Notes under the pieces: model-generated
What the model was told of the DNA's origin: nothing
The model's input: only the letters and a program-made list of their open reading frames with translations
The model's database searches: none
NCBI GenBank assembly: GCA_045614145.1
Contig: JAZLCH010000006.1
Location: 2,421 to 66,420 of the forward strand
Direction of reading: 5' to 3'
Origin: Candidatus Enterousia sp.
Lineage (GTDB): Bacteria > Pseudomonadota > Alphaproteobacteria > Rs-D84
Length of the DNA: 64,000 bases
Translations under genes and position numbers: made by a program
In this document: one piece after another, positions 59,754 through 64,000 of the stretch
Layout of the letters: every line of letters starts with the position of its first letter
Numbering within the stretch: the first letter of the stretch is position 1

Positions 59754-61290
59754 AATCTGATTTTCCGTCCATTTGGGCGGATTTTTTATTGAAAATCCAA
59801 GGGGTTGCGGCGGTTCGAAATCCACTCTCTATACAAAAAACAGGTTTTTGCTCAAAAAGTATATGAACAAGTCGCTTGCGCTGGTTTAAACTTCCATTTT
59901 TCCACAGAATTGCGGGATTTTTGAAGAAACTATGCCCACGTTCCATGGCGGTTCGAAATTTCTGGGTGGCCGACATTGGCAACGCATCATTCAGTTGTTG
60001 TTCCAACTTTCGCTTCTTTGCTGATGCATGGCGTAACTGTTCAGAATATACCGCAACCATATCTTGGTCATCATTTCTATTTGCATCTGCCACCAAACGA
60101 CCAAACTGAACTATATCTTGTTCCAATGTTTCTATTTCCCTTTTCCATTTTTTTCGCTGCGCCAACACTTCATCGTCCTTGGCTCTGCAAACACGCTGCA
60201 ACACCACGTCGAATAAAAGAATCACATCATCTGGGGTCTGCATGCCATTCAAACATTCCACAAAAGCATCTTCAACCAGCGCACGTTTAATTGATTTATT
60301 ACGATGAACGCACCCCTTGTTATAGCATCGGTAATATGGATGTTTATTTTTACGCCCCCTGGCAAAATATCCACTTAATGGATTACCGCAATATTCACAA
60401 CAAATTTCATTACGCAAGGGAAATTCATATGCTAAATCTGAACGATGCGGCTGTCGCTTGTGTTTGTTTAGTTTGTTTTGAACTGCCAGAAACAAGTCCT
60501 GTGGGATAATTTTATCCATTTGCCATTCCCGACGTTCGATTCCCCAACGCCCGTATGCAAATACACCAGTATAAACCTCGTTCTGTAACATATTAGAAAC
60601 CTTGGTGTCATTTAACTTATCGTTATTAAACGCCCCTGATGCACGTAAAAATTCTGTAACATCATGCTTGGTTTCTAATTCCCCAGATGCGTATTTAGCA
60701 AATGCTTGGTAAATAACACTGGCTTTCGGCTCATCACGCACCAAAATAGTGCGTTTATGTTCATTTTTTATGCGTTTAAGCCCCGATGGCGGATTTAACG
60801 GATAAAATCCCAGTGTGCATAATGCACGCATTCTGTTAGTTGTTTTTTCAGACAATTCATCACTATACATTTGTGCGCGCAACACATCAAGACCACGCAT
60901 AAATCGCCCCATGGCATTATTTTCCAATTTGCCACCGACCACCGTTTGTAATTCCAAGTCATATTTCATAATAACATTTTCAATTGCCGTGTAATAAACA
61001 CCCATATTGCGCGCCAAGCGCGACATGTCATAACACAGAATGCGAATATGTTTATGTTTGTGATTTTTTTCGATATATTCAACCATGGCGTCCAGTCCAG
61101 GGCGGTTTGTTTTCCACCCCGACACCCCGTCTTCATAAAAGAATTTATCTATTTTGAAACCATTGTTGTTTGCATAGTTTAAACACGCCTGTTTTTGTGA
61201 TGTTATTGTTTCGTTTTTCGCTTGTTTATCCGATGAAACACGACAAAGGCACAATGTTTCTATTGGCAGGTTTTTAGTTGTTTGGGACAT
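59713..61290 (-). CDS. Large serine recombinase (resolvase/integrase family); ORF C-terminus overlaps the tRNA-Glu 3' end
   Basis: The N-terminal resolvase domain has a catalytic-Ser region LCRVSSDKQ. A recombinase domain and a Cys-rich zinc-ribbon-like CEYCGNPL...YYRCYNKGCVHRNK follow. The product is 525 aa. Confidence 0.8.
   Translation of the reverse strand: MSQTTKNLPIETLCLCRVSSDKQAKNETITSQKQACLNYANNNGFKIDKFFYEDGVSGWKTNRPGLDAMVEYIEKNHKHKHIRILCYDMSRLARNMGVYYTAIENVIMKYDLELQTVVGGKLENNAMGRFMRGLDVLRAQMYSDELSEKTTNRMRALCTLGFYPLNPPSGLKRIKNEHKRTILVRDEPKASVIYQAFAKYASGELETKHDVTEFLRASGAFNNDKLNDTKVSNMLQNEVYTGVFAYGRWGIERREWQMDKIIPQDLFLAVQNKLNKHKRQPHRSDLAYEFPLRNEICCEYCGNPLSGYFARGRKNKHPYYRCYNKGCVHRNKSIKRALVEDAFVECLNGMQTPDDVILLFDVVLQRVCRAKDDEVLAQRKKWKREIETLEQDIVQFGRLVADANRNDDQDMVAVYSEQLRHASAKKRKLEQQLNDALPMSATQKFRTAMERGHSFFKNPAILWKNGSLNQRKRLVHILFEQKPVFCIESGFRTAATPWIFNKKSAQMDGKSDLAAPTGFEPVFSP
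59765..59790 (+). terminator. Terminator after tRNA-Glu
   Basis: Hairpin ccgtcc-attt-gggcgg with one G-U pair is followed by a T-tract. Confidence 0.5.
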
Positions 61291-61315
61291 ATCATCACCC
61301 CTTTAATTACAATTT

Positions 61316-61450
61316 TTATTTTGTTAATAAAGTCCAGGCAAGTTCCTCCATAATCTCCACAAGTTTTGCCAACTGCTCATCTGTTAATTTGGTATGTTTC
61401 AAATACTTTCTTGCATCAGACACCGACATAATCGCCATCGCATATACCAT
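61316..61450 (-). CDS. Possible small ORF (44 aa) immediately upstream of the serine recombinase; candidate small regulatory or directionality factor
   Basis: The product is MVYAMAIMSVSDARKYLKHTKLTDEQLAKLVEIMEELAWTLLTK. It is not in the ORF track because it is under 60 aa. No clear SD is present. Confidence 0.2.
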   Translation of the reverse strand: MVYAMAIMSVSDARKYLKHTKLTDEQLAKLVEIMEELAWTLLTK

Positions 61451-61511
61451 TTAGGTTGCGTTTTGGCTTCGGTGCTTCCGATAATCAAAACAAGATTTCC
61501 ATTGGACTTTT

Positions 61512-62375
61512 TCATTTTGTCACCTTTCTTTTCTTTACTTGTTTGATGTGTATAATATTACCGTTACGTATCGATACTTCGACACTACCAAACCCTATTC
61601 CGTTTATGATTTTATGCAATTCGTCTTCTGGCGACTTGTTATGCGAATATTCTATTTCTAAACAATCTATTTGACCATCGTGTTTTTTTGCGCTGACAGT
61701 ACTGTTTTTTGGTGCTTCATTTACTGCATCAATTAAATCTTTTTCGCCATTATTTAACCACGTTGTGTTTTCAACATGCTTTGCTATTTCCCGATTTATA
61801 AATGTTTCATCAAAAACATCATTCAAATTCATTGTAATGTATGTACTTGGCATACACCCGCTTTGTTGATTTTTTAATATATCGCGTTGAGTCATAATCG
61901 CCGCACCGCCATCATCAAAAACCAGTAAATAAATATTACCGTCACCAGACATGCAAATAGAACGCCACAGCGCGAATTCTAACGACGTTAATGATTCTTG
62001 GCGTTTCTCATAATAATCTTCTGTATTCGGTTCTATATCCGTATCTAACACCAAACAAAATAACGCCCGATATGTTCTTTTTAGCGCCCCATTGGATAAA
62101 CCAATTTTACGCAACCTTGTTGCAATACCAACGAACAAAATGTCCATAAGTGTAAATTTATGCCATCCACGGTCATCAGAACGAATATCTGTTAATACCC
62201 CTGTTTGCAACCAGTAATTTATTACCCGCGAAGAAATCCCCGTGTTATTCGCGGTATATTGTTTTTTTCGCCACGTATTTATTGTTTCCCAGTTATCTTC
62301 TGTTGCAGCCGCATGTCCAAGCCCCATTTCATGCAGCGTTTCATCAGTATATTCCAGCATTATGGTCATTATCAT
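61512..62375 (-). CDS. Hypothetical island protein (287 aa), possible HTH-like segment
   Basis: The segment GISSRVINYWLQTGVLTD is HTH-like. The gene sits between the recombinase and the ankyrin protein. Confidence 0.35.
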   Translation of the reverse strand: MIMTIMLEYTDETLHEMGLGHAAATEDNWETINTWRKKQYTANNTGISSRVINYWLQTGVLTDIRSDDRGWHKFTLMDILFVGIATRLRKIGLSNGALKRTYRALFCLVLDTDIEPNTEDYYEKRQESLTSLEFALWRSICMSGDGNIYLLVFDDGGAAIMTQRDILKNQQSGCMPSTYITMNLNDVFDETFINREIAKHVENTTWLNNGEKDLIDAVNEAPKNSTVSAKKHDGQIDCLEIEYSHNKSPEDELHKIINGIGFGSVEVSIRNGNIIHIKQVKKRKVTK

Positions 62376-62451
62376 TCCCCTTATGAACTCATGACCATAA
62401 TAGGAACGAATAAACGCAAAAGCAAGAAAAACATTACATTATTGTAATATT

Positions 62452-63642
62452 TTACTTCGTGCCGAATTTCTTTTGTTGCATTTTGCGATATTCTGCCTTG
62501 GCGGTGATATTCGGGGTAATTTTGATTAATTCATCCCAATCATCATAACTGAAAAACCTGTTTCTGAAATCGTGTGCGGCAGCGATGAAACGCTTTTCTC
62601 TGGCGTTGTCATTATTGTATGCATATACACTCCACAAATATTCATAATACAGGAATTGGGCAACATTTTGCGAAACCATGTCACACTCGTCATAGAAACG
62701 TCTTGCGAAACTTTCTCCCAGTTCGTTATACAACATTTCTACGCCGTTGCCGCAAAAGGCATAAGAAGCGGGTTTGTCATAAATATCCCACGGTTCTTCA
62801 CCATTGGCCCAGCGATATTGCCCATGGCATTCCAAAATATAACGTGGTTCAATAAATTCAACAGGTTGCGCTGGCACAGGTTCATACACTTTATATTCTT
62901 GCCAAAAACCAATAAAACGGATTTCGCGAAACGATTGCGCTTTAACGCTAGTATCTTTACCCAACCAGTCCCACACATCATCCAGCGCACCCGCGCGCAA
63001 TAAAATCAGTTCTTTTTGTGCGTTTTCATGGGACGCTGGCTGCGAACGCACAATTGCCAACGGTGTTTTTTGTGTCCCATCTATCATCGTAGCAGCATTT
63101 ACATTTGCACCGTTAGCAACCAGCATTTCAATGATTTCAACTGATGAATTCTGTCGCAGTGCGTTGGTTAACGGACTATCCCCAACGTCATACCCATCAA
63201 CCCAATCTACGATTTCGCCACGCTGTATATGTTTGTTTAATTCGTCTGGCGTTATTTTAGACCAATCTTCAATATTCAATAAATCATGACCTGGCCTGTC
63301 TGGATTGATATTTTTACGTCTGGCCGAATAAATTTCAGGTTTTATGATATTCTCAATGTTATCAACATCAGGTTCGTTCAATTCATATTCTATCACCATT
63401 TCCACCATATAATCTATACTTGACTGGCGGTTTTCAAATACAGCAATATCCATCCCGCCATCAAATATACACGCGGCTTTCTTGGCAATATCAAAGTCAG
63501 TTTTTACCCACTTTCCACCGACAAACGCCTCTGTTTTACCAGAACCATCCACACGGTGAACAATGCCATCACCATAATAATCATACTTGGAAAAGTCCAA
63601 ATCTAATGCTTTTAAGATTTCATCTTTGTTCATTTTGTTCAC
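62452..63642 (-). CDS. Ankyrin-repeat-containing protein
   Basis: The ANK consensus SPLTNALRQNSSVEIIEMLVANGANVNAAT...TPLAIV is present. The product is 396 aa. Confidence 0.55.
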   Translation of the reverse strand: MNKMNKDEILKALDLDFSKYDYYGDGIVHRVDGSGKTEAFVGGKWVKTDFDIAKKAACIFDGGMDIAVFENRQSSIDYMVEMVIEYELNEPDVDNIENIIKPEIYSARRKNINPDRPGHDLLNIEDWSKITPDELNKHIQRGEIVDWVDGYDVGDSPLTNALRQNSSVEIIEMLVANGANVNAATMIDGTQKTPLAIVRSQPASHENAQKELILLRAGALDDVWDWLGKDTSVKAQSFREIRFIGFWQEYKVYEPVPAQPVEFIEPRYILECHGQYRWANGEEPWDIYDKPASYAFCGNGVEMLYNELGESFARRFYDECDMVSQNVAQFLYYEYLWSVYAYNNDNAREKRFIAAAHDFRNRFFSYDDWDELIKITPNITAKAEYRKMQQKKFGTK

Positions 63643-63687
63643 CTTTTCTCATTTTTTTAATACACGACCAAGCAGCGTGTTATTATG

Positions 63688-63906
63688 TTATTCATCGTAT
63701 TTTGCCAGCGCATTCTTGAATTTAAATGCCGCATCCATGTACCAATCGAAAATCGCCTGTTCGGATGTGGCCAAATCTTTCGGCATTTCCCAGCGGATGG
63801 TGCATGTGTTTTCTGATTCTTTCCATTTTAATTTTGTACCAAGTTCATTTTCAATATTACCCGCATTGGCCTTTAAATGGTCGTACAGTGGCTTTTGATT
63901 AATCAT
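63688..63906 (-). CDS. Small hypothetical protein (72 aa)
   Basis: The ORF is taken from the track only. No motif was recognised. Confidence 0.25.
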   Translation of the reverse strand: MINQKPLYDHLKANAGNIENELGTKLKWKESENTCTIRWEMPKDLATSEQAIFDWYMDAAFKFKNALAKYDE

Positions 63907-64000
63907 ATACGCGGTTATACTGCAACCCTTTTTGCTGGGCTGTGCGATGTTTGCTACATAGAAATGATAGCGTTTGTCACCAAAGGTTAAATCCAGGTAT

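Larger units (their letters stand above)
59754..64000. mobile_element. Integrated element (genomic island or prophage-like) inserted at the tRNA-Glu 3' end; its right end lies beyond the window
   Basis: A serine recombinase abuts the tRNA. tRNA-like fragments containing ggcggttcgaaat occur at 59809-59821 and 59947-59959. The cargo includes an ankyrin-repeat protein and hypothetical genes. Confidence 0.6.

Overview
This 64-kb window reads as an alphaproteobacterial chromosome segment at about 40% GC. Ankyrin-repeat, Cys-rich and other secreted proteins suggest a host-associated or endosymbiont-like lifestyle. Housekeeping genes form the backbone: dacC-like fragment, holB, tatD, amiC, dnaK, tsaD, xseA, prfB, rpoD, cysS, hupB, alaS, groES/groEL, tilS-ftsH, recG, lysS, an era-queA-tgt operon, dcd, trpS and xerC-like. 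Five tRNA genes were found by eye and none is in the ORF track: Arg-CCG, Met-CAT, Gly-GCC, Asp-GTC and Glu-TTC. Several accessory patches interrupt the backbone. (1) A LicD / cytidylyltransferase / GT2 glycan-decoration cluster at 13.5-16 kb, plus a guanylate-kinase-like gene next to rpoD. (2) An internally duplicated 486-aa protein. (3) A membrane protein combining an H1-like tail, a Cys/His cluster and an EF-hand. (4) A promoter-to-terminator structured RNA, or attenuator leader, with mutually exclusive 8-9 bp pairings upstream of a secreted repeat protein. (5) A Cys-rich secreted protein with furin/TNFR-like repeats. (6) A RelA/SpoT-like (RSH) nucleotidyltransferase-domain protein translationally coupled downstream of lysS. 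(7) Footprints of duplicated tRNA 3' ends at tRNA-Gly and tRNA-Asp. (8) Unknown genes embedded in the queuosine era-queA-tgt operon: a K/A-repeat protein with 24-bp tandem DNA repeats, two paralogous small proteins and a zinc-ribbon membrane protein. (9) A large serine recombinase abutting tRNA-Glu, which opens an integrated element carrying an ankyrin-repeat protein and runs off the window end. dnaK and groES share an identical sigma32-type promoter, CTTGAAA-N15-CTATAT. prfB carries the canonical +1 programmed frameshift site. alaS is short at 692 aa and appears to lack the C-terminal domain.
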